Positions 23,500 through 36,654 of a stretch of 64,000 bases of DNA are shown piece after piece. The stretch lies in NCBI RefSeq assembly GCF_963921235.1, contig NC_086097.1, forward strand, positions 243,290,001 through 243,354,000, in the 5' to 3' direction. The number at the start of each line of letters is the position of its first letter. Within the stretch, counting starts at the first letter, position 1. The DNA is from Mobula hypostoma. Taxonomy: Eukaryota. The position numbers and the translations under genes are program-made. The notes under the pieces are model-generated. The model ran no database searches. It was not told where the DNA came from and was given only the letters and a program-made list of their open reading frames with translations.

Positions 23500-26400
23500 A
23501 AATTTTGGGTCCAGTGACCATAATGTCATTAGTTTCAAGTTATTTACAGATAAGGATAGGTCTAGTCCTCGAGTAAAGATTCTAAATTGGAGAAGGGCTA
23601 ATTTTGGGGAAATGAGAAAGGATCTAGAAAGACTGAATTGGGATAAGTTGTTTTCTGGCAAGTATGTGTTCAGTATGTGGAAGGCATTCAAAGGCGAAAT
23701 TTTGGGAGTGCAGAGTTTGCATGTTCCTGCCAGGATTAGAGGCAAAGTTAACAGGCATAGGGAACCTTGGTTTTCAAGGGATACTGGCGAACTGGCTAAG
23801 AAATAGAGAGAGGTGTATAGCAGGTATAGGCAACAAGGAAAAAATGAGGTACTTGAAGAGTATAGAAAATGTAAGAAAATACTAAAGAAGGAAATCAGGA
23901 AGGCAAAAAGAAGACGAGTTTGCTTTGGCAGATAACGTGAAGGTAAACCCAAAGGGTTTCTACAAATATATTAAAAGGATAGTAAGGTCCCCTAGAAACC
24001 ATAGAAACCATAGAAACTACAGCAGAGAAACAGGCCTTTTGGCCCTTCTTGGCTGTGCCGAACCATTTTCTGCCTAGTCCCACTGACCTGCACACAGACC
24101 ATATCCCTCCATACACCTCCCATCCATGTATCTGTCCAATTTATTCTTAAATGTTAAAAAAGAACCCGCATTTACCACCTCATCTGGCAGCTCATTCCAT
24201 ACTTCCACCACTCTCTGTGTGAAGAAGCCCCACCTAATGTTCCCTTCAAACTTTTCCCCCCTCACCCTTAACCCATGTCCTCTGGTTTTTTTCTCCCCTT
24301 GCCTCAGTGGAAAAAGCCTGCTTGCATTCACTCTATCTATACCCATCATAATTTTATATACCTCTATCAAATCTCCCCTCATTCTTCTACGCTCCAGGGA
24401 ATAAAGTCCTAACCTATTCAACCTTTCTCTGTAACTGAGTTTCTCAAGTCCCGGCAACAACCTTGTAAACCTTCTCTGTACCCTTTCAACCTTATTTATA
24501 TCCTTCCTGTAATTTGGTGACCAAAACTGAACACAATACTCCAGATTCGGCCTCACCAATGCCTTATACAACCTCATCATAACATTCCAGCTCTTATACT
24601 GAATACTTCGATTAATAAAGGCCAATGTACCAAAAGCTCTCTTTACGACCCTATCTACCTGTGACGCCACTTTTAGGGAATTTTGTATCTGTATTCCCAG
24701 ATCCCTCTGTTCCACTGCACTCCTCAGTGCTTTACCATTAACCCTGTATGTTCTACGTTGGTTTGTCCTTCCAACGTGCACTTGTCTGCATTAAACTCCA
24801 TCTGCCATTTTTCAGCCCATTTTTCCAGCTGGTCCAAGTCCCTCTGCAGGCTCTGAAAACCTTCCTCACTGTCTACTACACCTCCAATCTTTGTATCATC
24901 AGCAAATTTGCTGATCCAATTTACCACATTATCATCCAGATCATTGATATAGATGACAAATAACAATGGACCCAGCACTGATCCCTGTGGCACACCACTA
25001 GTCACAGGCCTCCACTCGGAGAAGCAATTCTCTACTACCACTCTTTGGCTTCTTCCATTGAGCCAATGTCTAATCCAATTTACCACCTCTCCATGTATAC
25101 CTAGCGACTGAATTTTCCTAACTAACCTCCCATGCGGGACCTTGTCAAAGGCCTTACTGAAGTCCATGTAGACAATATCCACTGCCTTCCCTTCATCCAC
25201 TTTCCTGGTAACCTCCTCGAAAAACTCCAATAGATTGGTCAAACATGACCTGCCACGCACAAAGCCATGTTGACTCTCCCTAATAAGTCCCTGTCTATCC
25301 AAATGCTTGTAGATTCTGTCTCTTAGTACTCCCTCCAATAACTTACCTACTACCGACATTAAGCTTACCGGTCTATAATTATCCGGATTACTTTTCGATC
25401 CTTTTTTAAACAATGGAACAACATGAGCCACTCTCCAATCCTTCGGCACCTCACCTGTACACAGCGACATTTTAAATATTTCTGCCAGGGCCCCTGCAAT
25501 TTCAACACCAGTCTCCTTCAAGGTCCAAGGGAACACCCTGTCAGGGTGATTTATCCACTTTAATTTTCCTCAAGACAGCAAGGACCTCCTCCTTTTCGAT
25601 CTGTACAGTTTCCATGATCTCACTACTTGTTTCCCCTAATTCCATAGACTTCATGCCAGTTTCCTTAGTAAATACAGATGCAAAAAACCTATTTAAGATC
25701 TCCCCCATTTCCTTTGGTTCTGCACATAGGTGACCACTCTGATCTTCAAGAGGACCAACTTTATCCCTTACAATCCTTTTGCTCTTAATATACCTGTAAA
25801 AGCTCTTTGGATTATCCTTCACTTTGACTGCCAAAGAAGATCAAAGTGGTCGTCTATGTGTGGAGCCTCACAAGATGGGGGAGATCTTAAACAATTTTTT
25901 TGCATCAGTATTTACTCAGGAAACTGGCAGAGTGTATATGAAAGGAAGGGAAACAAGCAGTAGTGTCATGGAACATATAGAGATTAATGAGGAGGAGATG
26001 CTTGCTGCCTTACAGCGAATAAAGGTAGATAAATCCCTCGGGCCTGACATGATATTTTCTCGGACCTTGAGAGATACTAGTGTAGAAATTGCAGAGGCCC
26101 TGGCAGAAATATTTAAAATGTCCCTAGCAATGGGTATGGTGTCAAAGGATTGGAAGGTAGCTCATGTTGTTCTGTTGTTTAAAAAAGGCTCCAAAAGTAA
26201 ACCAGGTAATTACAGGCCAGTGAGCCTGACATCAGTAGTAGATAAAGTATTGGAAGGTGTTCTGAGAGATCAGATATACAAGTACTTGGTCAACCAAGGG
26301 CTGATTAAGGATCGTCAGCATGACTTTGTGCGTGGTAGATCGTGCTTAACGAATCTTGTAGAGTTTTTTGAGGAGGTTACCAAGAAAGTAGACGAAGGAA

Positions 26401-27580
26401 AGGCTGTGGATGTTGTCTTCATGGACTTCAGTAAGGCCTTTGACAAGGTCCCACATGGGAGGTTAGTTCAGAAGGTTCAGACACTAGGTATCCATGGAGA
26501 GGTTGTAAAATGGATTCGAAATTGGCTGTGTGGGAGAAGACAGAGAGTGGTAGTGGATGATTGCTTTTCAGACTGGAGGCCTGTGACTAGTGGTGTGCCT
26601 CAGGGATCTGTGATGGGACCATTGATGTTTGTTGTCTATATCAGTAATCTAGATAATAATGTGGTAAATTGGATCAGCAAGTTTGATTGAAGGCATTGTG
26701 GACAGCGAGGAAGGCTTTCAAAGTTTGCAGAGGGATCTGGACCAACTGGAAAAATGGGCCAGAAAATGGCAGATGGACATTAATGCAGACAAGTGTGAGG
26801 TGTTGCATTTTGGAAGGACAAATCAAGGTAGGACATACACAGTAAATGGTAGGGCACTGAGGAGTGTGGAGGAACAAAGAGATCTGGGAGTTCAGATACA
26901 TAATTCCCTGAAAGTGGCATCACACATAAACAGGGTTGTAAAGAAGGCTTTTGGCATCCTGGCATTCATAAATCAAAGTATTGAGTATAGGAGTAATGAT
27001 GTTATGGGGAGGTTGTATAAGACAACTGTGAGGCCAAATTTGGAGTATTGTGTACAGTTCTGATCACCTAACTAATAGGAAGAATATCAGTAAGATTGAA
27101 AGAGTACAGAGAAGATTTACTAGGATGTTGCCGGGTCTTTAGGAGTTGAGTTACAGGGAAAGATTGAACAGGTTAGGACTTTATTCCTTGGAGTGTAGAA
27201 GAATGAGGGTTGATTTCATAGAGGTTTACAAAATTATGAGGGGTATAAACAGAGTAAATGTGAATAGGCTCTTTCCATTTAGATTAGGAGTGAAAAATAC
27301 AAGAGGACATGGCTTTAGGGTGAAAGGGGAAAGTTTTAGAGGGAACATTAGGGGGAACTTCATTCAGAGAGTGGTGGGAGTGTGGAATGAGCTGCCATCT
27401 GACGTGGTAAATGCGGGCTCACTCTTAAGAATAAATTGGATAGATACATGGATGGGAGAGGTCATAGGGTTATGGACTGGATGCAGGTCAATGGGACTAG
27501 CGGAATAAAGTTTTGGCGCAGACTAGATAGGTCGAATGGCCTGTTTTCTGTGCTGTAGTGTTCTATGGTTCTATGGTTCA
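23500..27580 (+). mobile_element. CR1 LINE (about 23500-23991 and 25835-27580), split by an antisense CR1
   Basis: ORFs 25824-26690, 26683-27063 and 27146-27508 carry RT motifs. The GPL|EDQSG coding sequence is split across the insertion. Tail ttctatggttctatgg. Confidence 0.92.
23992..25834 (-). mobile_element. Young 5'-truncated CR1 LINE
   Basis: Long ORFs 24724-25536 ([37 protein letters not shown]) and 24074-24781. (atggtttct)n tail. Confidence 0.95.
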
Positions 27581-27857
27581 ATAAGTATAAAAAAGCAGAC
27601 TGATACGTGATTTTGTGTTGAGTTGAGTCATTTGCCTCAGGTATTTTCTTGGAATTGGCATTAATGTGCATGAAGACTAGGACACAATGATTCCAGTTAT
27701 GACTCAAGAATGCAATATAATTTAGTTGAATAATAAAATTGGCATCTATGCACATCAAATGTCTGTTTCACTCCTCTTCTGCTTTGAAGCTATACAAAAG
27801 GTTTCCCGGCATTTCCAGGGCAGGAGTGGATTCTCAATGTTCCTGGATTTCAGTGCT

Positions 27858-30563
27858 TTAAAAGGGATAGAGAGGGGGGAAAGAGGGGGGAAAACAGGAG
27901 GAGGGGTGGCATTACTGGTCAGCGATACTGTTACAGCTACAGAAAGGGTGAGTAATGTAGCAGAATCCTCTTTTGAGTCAGTATGGGTGGAAGTCAGGAA
28001 CAGGAAGGGAGCAGTTACTCTATTGGGGGTATTCTATAGGCCCCTGGTAGAGCAGAGACACAGAGGAGCAGATTGGGAGGCAGATTTTGGAAAGGTGCAA
28101 AAATAACAGGGTTGTTATCATGGGCGACTTTAACTTCCCTAATATTGATTGGCACCTGATTAGTTCCAAGGGTTTAGATGGGGCAGAGTTTGTCAAGTGT
28201 GTCCGGGATGGATTCCTGTCACAGTATGTGGACAGGCCGACTAGGGGGAATGCCATACTAGATCTAGTACTAGGTAATGAACCGGGTCAGGCCACAGATC
28301 TCTCAGTGGGTGAGCATCTGGGGGACAGTGACCACCACTCCCTAGCCTTTAGCATTATCATGGAAAAGGATAGAATCAGAGAGGACAGGAAAATATTTAA
28401 TTGGGGAAGGAAAAAAATATGAGGCTATAAGGCTAGAACTTGCGGGTGCGAATTGGGATGATGCTTTTGCAGGGAAATGTACTATGGACATGTAGTCGAT
28501 GTTTAGAGATCTCTTGCAGGATGTTAGGGATAAATTTGTCCCAGTGAGGAAGATAAAGAATGGTAGGTTGAAGGAACCGTGGGTGACAAGTGAGGTGGAA
28601 AATCTAGTCAGGTGGAAGAAGGCAGCATACATGAGGTTTAGGAAGCAAGGATCAGATGGGTCTATTGAGGAATATAGGAAAGCAAGAAAGGAGCTTAAGG
28701 GGCTGAGAGAGCAAGAAGGGGGCATGAGAAGGCCTTGGCGAGTAGGGTAGAGGAAAACCCCAAGGCATTCTTCAATTATGTGAAGAAAAAAGGATGACAG
28801 GAGTGAAGGTAGGACCGATTAGAGATAAAGGTGGGAAGATGTGCCTGGAGGCTGTGGAAGTGAGCGAGGTCCTCAATGAATACTTCTCTTCGGTATTCAC
28901 CAATGAGAGGGAATTTGATGATGGTGAGGACAATATGAGTGAGGTCGATGATCTGGAGCATGTTGATATTAAGGGAGAGGAGGTGTTGGAGTTGTTAAAA
29001 TACATTAGGATGGATAAGTCCCCGGGGCCTGATGGAATATTCCCCAGGCTGCTTCACGAGGTGAAGGAAAAGATTGCTGAGCCTCTGGCTAGGATCTTTA
29101 TGTCTTCGTTGTCTATGGGAATGGTACCGGAGGACTGGAGGGAGGCGAATGTTGTCCCCTTGTTCAAAAAAGTTAGCAGGGATATTCTGGGTAATTATAG
29201 ACCAGTGAGCCTTACGTCTGTGGTGGGAAAGCTGTTGGAAAAGATTCTCAGAGCTAGGATCTCTGGGCATTTAAGAATCATGGTCTGATCAGGGACAGTC
29301 AGCATGGCCTTGTGAAGGGCAGATCGTGTCTAACAAGCCTGATAGAGTTCTTTGAGGAGGTGACCAGGCATATAGATGAGGGTAGTGCAGTGGATGTGAT
29401 CTATATGGATTTTAGTAAGGATTTGACAAGGTTCCACACGGTAGGCTTATTCAGAATGTCAGAAGGCATAGGATCCAGGGAAGTTTGGCCAGGTGGATTC
29501 AGAATTAGCTTGACTGCAGAAGGCAGAGGGTCGTGGTGGAGGGAGTACATTCAGAATGGAGGATTGTGACTAGTGGTGTCCCACAAGGATCTGTTCTGGG
29601 ACCTCTACTCTTTGTGATTTTCATTAACGGCCTGGATGTGGGGGTAGTAGGGTGGGTTGGCAAGTTTGCAGATGACACAAAGGTTGGTGGTGTTGTAGAT
29701 AGCGTAGAGGATTGTCGAAGATTGCAGAGAGACGTTGATAGGATGCAGAAGTGGGCTGAGAAGTGGTAGATGGAGTTCAACCTGGAGAAGTGTGAGGTGG
29801 TACACTTTGGAAGGACAAACTCCAAGGCAGAGTGCAAAGTAAATGGCAGGGTACTTGGTAGTGTGGAGGAGCAGAGGGATCTGGGGGTACATGTCCACAG
29901 ACCTCTGAAAGTTGCCTCACAGGTGGATAGGGTAGTTAAGAAAGCTTATGGGGTGTTAGCTTTCATAGGTCGAGGGATTGAGTTTAAGAGTCGCGAGGTA
30001 ATGATGCAGCTCTATAAAACACTTGTTAGGCCACACTTGGAGTACTGTGTCCAGTTCTGGTCACCTCACTATAGGAAGGATGTGGAAGCATTGGAAAGGG
30101 TACACAGGAGACTTACCAGGATGCTGCCTGGTTTAGAGAGTATGCATTATGATCAGAGAGTAAGGGAGCTAGGGCTTTACTCTTTGGAGAGAAGGAGGAT
30201 TGGAGGAGACATGATAGAGGTACACAAGATATTAAGAGGAATAGATAGAGTGGATAGCCAGCGCCTCTTCCCCAGGGCACCACTGCTCAATACAAGAGGA
30301 CATGGCTTTAAGGTAAGGGTTGGGAAGTTCAAGGGGGATACTGGAGGAAGGTTTTTTTACTCAGAGAGTGGTTGGTGTGTGGAATGCACTGCCTGAGTCA
30401 ATGGTGGAGGCAGATACAGTAGTGAAGTTTAAGAGACTACTAGACAGGTATATGGAGGAATTTAAGGTGGCAGGTTATATGGGAGGCAGGGTTTGAGGGT
30501 TGGCACAACATTGTGGGCTGAAGGGCCTGTACTGTGCTGTACTATTCCATGTTCTATGTTCTA
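27858..30563 (+). mobile_element. CR1 LINE, most of ORF2 (EN-RT-CTD), inactivated
   Basis: [27 protein letters not shown] and HLEYCVQFWSP motifs across frameshifted ORFs. Tail atgttct. Confidence 0.93.
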
Positions 30564-30849
30564 ACCTTGTAGCGGTTTCATAGCATGAAACTATTCTTGA
30601 GGTTAAATAACATATAATAAATGAAAATTTCAGTTTGTGGGAATGAGTCACTCAAATGTACAGTACAGGTTTAGAAATATACACTTTAAACTGTACCACT
30701 AATACTCACAACAGTTTTACTTAATCTGGACACAGAAGTTTGGGTAATTTTTCAGATCTTTCTTATTTCAGAACATTTGTTCTTCCTTAGAAGTTATGTT
30801 TTGTTCAAATTCTTTCTCTATGGTTCTGCTTTACACAAACGGGATCACT

Positions 30850-31240
30850 TCATTAACAGGAGATGCTGGAAATCCAAAGCAACATCCACAAAATGCTGGA
30901 GGAACTCAACAGATCAGGCGGTATCTACAGAAATGAATAAATAGTCGACGTTTTGGGCAGAGACCCTTCTTCAGGACTGAGAAGAAAGGAGGGAGATGCC
31001 AGAATAAAAAACGTTACAGGGAGGGGAAGGAGGCTAGCTGGAAGGTGACAGGTGAAGCCAGGTGGGTGGGAAAGGTCAAAGGCCGGAGAAGAAGGAATCT
31101 GATATGAGAGGAGAATGGACCATAGGGAAAAGGGAAGGTGGAGAGGACCCAGGAGGAAGTAATACGTAGGTGAGAAGAGGTTAAAGGTCAGAATGGGAAA
31201 TAGAGGAAAGGGGGAGGGGAATGTGTTCGCTGGAGGATCA
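30850..31240 (-). mobile_element. Penelope pLTR remnant with decayed hammerhead (30943-30978)
   Basis: AGTC CTGAAGA AGGGTCTCTGCCC AAAA CG TC GACT, with GAAA mutated to AAAA. Confidence 0.7.
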
Positions 31241-31309
31241 TTCCTCATTTTGAGGAGCCACTTTTCCTTGTATTTGTGCATCTCCATGCCCTCTGGTAAA
31301 CGGGGAGAC

Positions 31310-31750
31310 ACTGCACAGGATCAGAAGAAAGGCCGTAGATGGCTACAAGCTCCATCATGGGCACTAGCGTTCCCACCATCATCAAGAGACGAAGCCTCAA
31401 AAAGGTGGACTCCATCATTAAGGACCCCATTATCCAGGACGTGCTCTGTTCCCATTGCTATCATCGGGATGGAGGTGCAGGAGCCTGAAGACCCACATTC
31501 AACTTCTTAAGAACAGCTACGTCCCCTGCAGCATCAGATTTCTGAACCAACCTGTGAACACTACCTCACTATTTTCCCTCTCTTCTTATACGACTGATTG
31601 TAACTCTACTGAATCTACTTTATTTTTATATATACACATCTTTCTTATTGTAATTTATAGGATTTTGTGTATTGTGCTGCACTGCTGTTGCAAAGCGACA
31701 CGTTTCACAATATATGTCAGTGATATTAAAACTGAATCTGATTCTGATCT
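31310..31750 (+). mobile_element. Rex1/Babar 3' fragment. Similar pieces at about 10230-10500, 37270-37660 and 46300-46600
   Basis: RCRSLKTHIQLLKNSYVPCSIRFLN and a gattct-type tail. Confidence 0.65.
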
Positions 31751-33259
31751 GTGTTCTTTCATCAAATGGCAGCTATATGATGTCAGAGAAGCAACCATTG
31801 ACTACCAACTCCCCGGCTTCTGCCACAATGCCAATTTTGAATCCAATTTCCTAACCCATACAGAATGCCAAGCTCCCACAGAAAAAGGATAAAATTGTTT
31901 TGGCGTCACATGCGTCCTCAGAAAGCAAATTTCAGCTGAATGAGAATAGGGCTGGAAGAGAAGCTATCGTTTTTCTTTACTCAACACACCAAGCAGTAGA
32001 GGAACACAGCAGGTCAGACAGCATCTATGGAGAGAAACGGGCAATTGACCTTTTGGATTGAGAGCCTCTGGACCCGTTTGGCAGATGTCCCGGTCACTTT
32101 GGGGTTCCAAATGAAAACCGTACCAAATCTGACCAACAGGCTACCATGCCTGCCACCAGGAGGGTATGAGTTGGCCAGAGTGTGGGTGGAAAGGCAGTAT
32201 GGCAGTCAGCACCATCACTTTACAGCACAAACAATCATCAACTGGGGTTCAACTCCTGTCATTGTTTGTAAGGATCTTCTACATTCTCACCGTGACCATG
32301 TGGGTTTCGCCTGAGTGCTCCATTCCAAAAAGCATATGGGTTAGGGTTAGTGAGTTGCAGGTATGTCATATTGGTGCTGGAACCATGGCAACTCCAGAGA
32401 TACACACAGTGCTAGGCCCCAGAGTTTATCGAAGCGACTGAACCCAATGTTTGGGCATTTAGTTCCAGGGCCTGATTGAACAGGTCAGGGCGTCAGGGCC
32501 CAAGGCAAGGTTATGGGCTGGTTCAGCTCGCTGCTCTGTGATGTTTATTCGACTCTGTGTTGATACAGGGATCTGTGGACGGACTCTCTTTGTGGACTTC
32601 AGTTCAGAACGTTATTTGCTTGCATTTATTGTTAGTATGACTTACTTATTTTTTCTGGATATTGAGTTATTGATGGTCTACTTTCTTAAGTGGGCTCTTT
32701 GAGATTTTTTTGCCTGTTAGGAGATGAATCTCAAATTTGTGTAATGTGTACTTCGATAATAATGGTACTCTAAACTTTGTATTTTCAGTTTCAATGTACA
32801 TATGACAAATAAATCTAAACTTTATCTTTAGAGAAATCAGAGAAAGAGGAAACTAGGCTATGACAGAATGCAGAAGAATGAATGGTTTGCATGATAAAAT
32901 GTTGCGAATTAGTACTGACAAAATTCAGACGTAAGACATCACAGAACCTTAAGGTCAACCACAGTAGTGTCGTGGTTAGTGTGCGTCTAGAACTGCTCAG
33001 GGTGTCGGAATTCAGAGTTCAAACCTGGCATCCTCTGTAAGGAGTCTGTACAATCCTCCCTATGCAATGTGTGGGTTTTCTCCGGGTACTCTGGTTTCCT
33101 CCCACAATCCAGAGACATATCGGTTCGTAGTTTAATTAGCCATGTAAATTGTCCCGTGATTAGGTCAAGGTTAAATCATGGTTTGTTGGGGGTTTGTGGA
33201 GTGGTGCGGCTTGAGGGGCTAGAAGGGCCTATTCCACACTGTGACTCTAAATAAAGTAA

Positions 33260-34730
33260 GACGCAGAAGCAGAATTATTCCTTTCAGCCCATCAAGTCTG
33301 TTCCACCATTCCATCATGGCTGATTTATTATCCCTCTCAACCCCATTCTCCTGCCTTCTCCCCATAACCATTGATGACCTGACTAATCAAGAGCCTATAT
33401 ACCACCGCATTAAATATACACAATAACTATCTAGGTCTTTCAATATTCAATAGGTTTCAATGACATCCCCCATCTCATTCTTCTAAATTCTAGTGAGTAC
33501 AGGCCAAGAGCCATCAAATGCCCTTCATGTATTAACCCTTTCATTCCTGCGATCATTCTCGTGCACCTCCTCTGGACCCGCTCCAGTGTCAAGACATTCT
33601 TTTTTAGATAATGACCCAAAACTGCTCACAATACTCCAAGTGCGGTCTGACCAATGCCTTACTGGTTCTCAGCATTACACCCTTGCCTTTACATTCTAGT
33701 CATCTCAATATGAATGCTAATATTGCATTTGCCTTTGTTACTACTAGCTCAGCCTGCAAGTTAACCTTCAGGAAACCATGCACGGGGACTCCCAAGTCCC
33801 TTTGCACCTTCAGTTTTTGAATTCACTCCCCACTTAGAGAATAGTCTATGCCTTTATTCCTTCTACCAAAGTGCATGACCATATACTTCCCTATACTAAA
33901 TATCATCAGACACTTTTTCATTCTCCTAATCTGTCCAGGTTCTTCTGCAGACTCCTAGCTTCCCCAGCAGTGCCTACCACTCCACCTATCTTTGGCTCAT
34001 CTGCAAACTTGGCCACAAAGCTATCAATTCCATTATCCAATGTGAAAAGAAGTGTTCCCAACACTGACCTGTGGAACACCACTAGTTGCCAGCAGCCAAC
34101 CAGAAAAGGCCCCCAGTCTTTACCTCCTCCTGCCAGTCAGCCAATCTTCTGTCCATTTTAGTATCTTTCCTGTAATACCATGGGCTCTTATCTTGTTTAG
34201 CAGCGTCATGTGCAGCACCTTGTCAAAGACCTTCCAATAATCCAAGCTAACCTGCCTGCCTGTTTCCTCAAAGAATTCCAACAGATTTGTCAAGCAAGAA
34301 TTCCCCTTAAGGAAACCATGCTGACTTTGGCCTAAACACAAAATAATCTGCAGATGCTGTTGTCAAAGGAACACTCACAATGCGCTGGAGGAACTCAGCA
34401 GGTCAGTCAGTCAGTCAGACTTTGGCCTGTTTTGTCATGCACCACTAAATACTCCAAAACCTCATCCTTAGTAATGGACTCCAACATCTTGCCAACCACT
34501 GAAGTTAGGTTAACTGGCCTATAATTTCCTTTCTTCTGCCTCCCTCACTTCTTAAAGAGTGGAGTTATATTTGCAGTTTTCAGTCCTGCAGATCCATTCC
34601 AATATCTAGAGATATTAATGCCTCCACTCTCTTTAGCTACACTTTCAGAATCCTGGGATAGAGTACTTCTGGTCCAGTCCAGGTGACTTAATTACCCTTA
34701 GACCTTTCAGCTTTCCAAGGCACCTTCTCC
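33260..34730 (-). mobile_element. Degraded CR1, containing an 84-bp Penelope pLTR piece (34334-34417)
   Basis: [20 protein letters not shown] motif. The insert is flanked by an 11-bp TSD gactttggcct (34323-34333 and 34418-34428). Confidence 0.8.
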
Positions 34731-35764
34731 CTACATAATGTACTGGTTAGGCATAGGAGTACATTCAGCCAAAGACCCATTCCACTGAGATGCAGCATTG
34801 AGCATCATAGGAAGTCATTTCTGCCTGTGGCTATCAAACTTTACAATTCCTCCCTTAGAGGGTCAGACACCCTGAGCCAATAGGCTGGTCCTGGACTTAT
34901 TTCCATCTGGCATAATTTACATATTATTATTTAATTAGTTATGGTTTTATATTGCTATATTTATACTCTATTCTTGGTCGGTGCAACTGTAATGAATCTC
35001 AATTTCCCTCAGGATCAATAAAGTATGTCTATCTGTCTGTCTGTCTGTCTTATAGCAATTACTCATTTCTGCCCCCGACACTCTCGAATTTCTGGTATGC
35101 TACTAGTGTTTTCCAAATTGAAGACTGGCATAAAATACTCCTCTGTGCCCTACCATTTACTGTGTATGTCCTACCTTGATTTGTCCTACCAAAATGCAAC
35201 ACCTCTTATATATCCTCATAAGGTGTCTTATGAGGATAGGGTGAGTGAGCTGGGGCTCTTCTTTCTGGAGTGAAGGAAGATGAGAGGTGACTTGATAGAG
35301 GTGTACAAGGTGATAAGGTGGGTGGACAGCCAGAGACTTTTTCCCCAGAGGTGGAAAGGGTTAATACAAGTGGCATAATGTTAAGGTGATTTAAGGAAAG
35401 TATAGAGGAGGATGTCAGAGGTAGTTTATTTTACATAGATAATGAAGAGAGGATTGCTGTGCCGGACTGGTGGCAGAGGCACGTACGTAAGGGACATTTA
35501 AGAGACTCTTAGATAGGCACATGGCTGAAAGAAGAATAGAGGGAAGGGAAGGGCCAGATTGATCGTAATGCGGGTTAAAAATCTGGCACAACATGGTGGC
35601 TGAAGTATCTGCAAATGTTCTAACTTATCACTGAAACAATCCTGGCTTCATCCTGTCACAGATATTATCTTTGTCCTCTTCCTCCCTCATACCACCTTTT
35701 CCGTAACTCAAAACTAATTTACTTTCCTTGCTTGCCATTTAGATTGCAGGTCTTCAACCTAAAA

Positions 35765-36460
35765 CATAGAACTTAGAACAGTACAGTGCAGTACAGACCC
35801 TTTGGCCCACAATGTTGTACCGACCCTTAAACCCTGCCTCCCATATAACTGCCCATCTTAAATTCCTCCATATACCTGTCTAGTAGTCGCTTAAATTTCA
35901 CTAGTGTATCTGCCTCCACTACTGACTCAGGCAGTGCATTCCACGCACCAACCACTCTCTGAGTAAAAAACCTTCCTCTAATATCCTCCTTGAACTTCCC
36001 ACCCCTTACCTTAAAGCCATGTCCTCTTGTATTGAGCAGTGGTGCCCTGGGGAAGAGGCACTGGCTGTCCACTCCATCTATTCCTCTTAATATCTTGTAT
36101 ACCTCTATCATGTCTTCTCTCATCCTGCTCCTCTCCAGAGAATAAAGCCCTAGCTCCCTTAATCTCTGATCATAATGCATACTCTCTAAACCAGGCAGCA
36201 TCCTGGTAAACCTCCTCTGTACCCTTTCCAATGCTTACACAATCTTCCTATAGTGAGGCGACCAGAAGTGGACACAGTACTCCAAGTGTGGCCTCACCAG
36301 AGTTTTATAGAGGAGCATCATTACCTCGCGACTCTTAAACTCTGTCCCTCGACTTATGAAAGCTAACACTCCATAAGCTTTCTTAACTATCCTGTCTACC
36401 TGTGAGGCAACTTTCAGAGATCTGTGGATATGTACCCCCAGATCCCTATGCCCCTCCACA
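35765..36460 (-). mobile_element. CR1 3' fragment of the RAPLLNTRGH subfamily (also 39268-39755 + and 62495-63200 -)
   Basis: ORFs 35827-36231 and 36235-36459 are nearly identical to 29770-30396 and 62549-63094. Confidence 0.9.
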
Positions 36461-36516
36461 CTTCAAGCAGTTGCAATATCATATTCCATGCATTTGCAGT
36501 TTTTATTCCCACTTAC

Positions 36517-36545
36517 CATGCAATCCTGTCCTGTGAATGAATGTA
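36517..36545 (-). CDS. TNFRSF11B-like: Candidate first exon: short 5'UTR ending in the initiator ATG (36519-36517); 5' limit approximate
   Basis: Minus strand reads ...caggattgcATG|GTAAGT, a full-consensus phase 0 donor in a non-repeat island. Splicing to 20795 gives [16 protein letters not shown]..., a plausible signal peptide. No in-frame ATG lies directly upstream of the 20795 exon. Confidence 0.5.
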
Positions 36546-36570
36546 TGTCTGCTTGCAGTGACAAGTCCCG

Positions 36571-36597
36571 ATTTATGTCATATTAAGTAATGACTCA
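36571..36597 (-). promoter_or_regulatory. Candidate core promoter: TATA-like CATAAAT (36577-36571) and consensus AP-1 site TGAGTCA (36597-36591)
   Basis: Both motifs lie about 50-80 nt upstream of the candidate ATG. Short motifs like these can occur by chance. Confidence 0.35.
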
Positions 36598-36654
36598 TTT
36601 CTGCAAGCAGGTATGCTTTCAGTAGTTCAGTCTTTTGTGTATCTCCTGCACCTT

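Noticed and set aside
24126..24404. Recurrent ORFs such as MYLSNLFLNV.../MYLSRSLLKDP... in many places
   Set aside because: They are antisense shadow frames of CR1 ORF2.
36560..36569. NF-kB-like GGGACTTGTC on the minus strand near the candidate promoter
   Set aside because: It deviates from the GGGRNNYYCC consensus and lies downstream of the TATA-like box, too weak to call.
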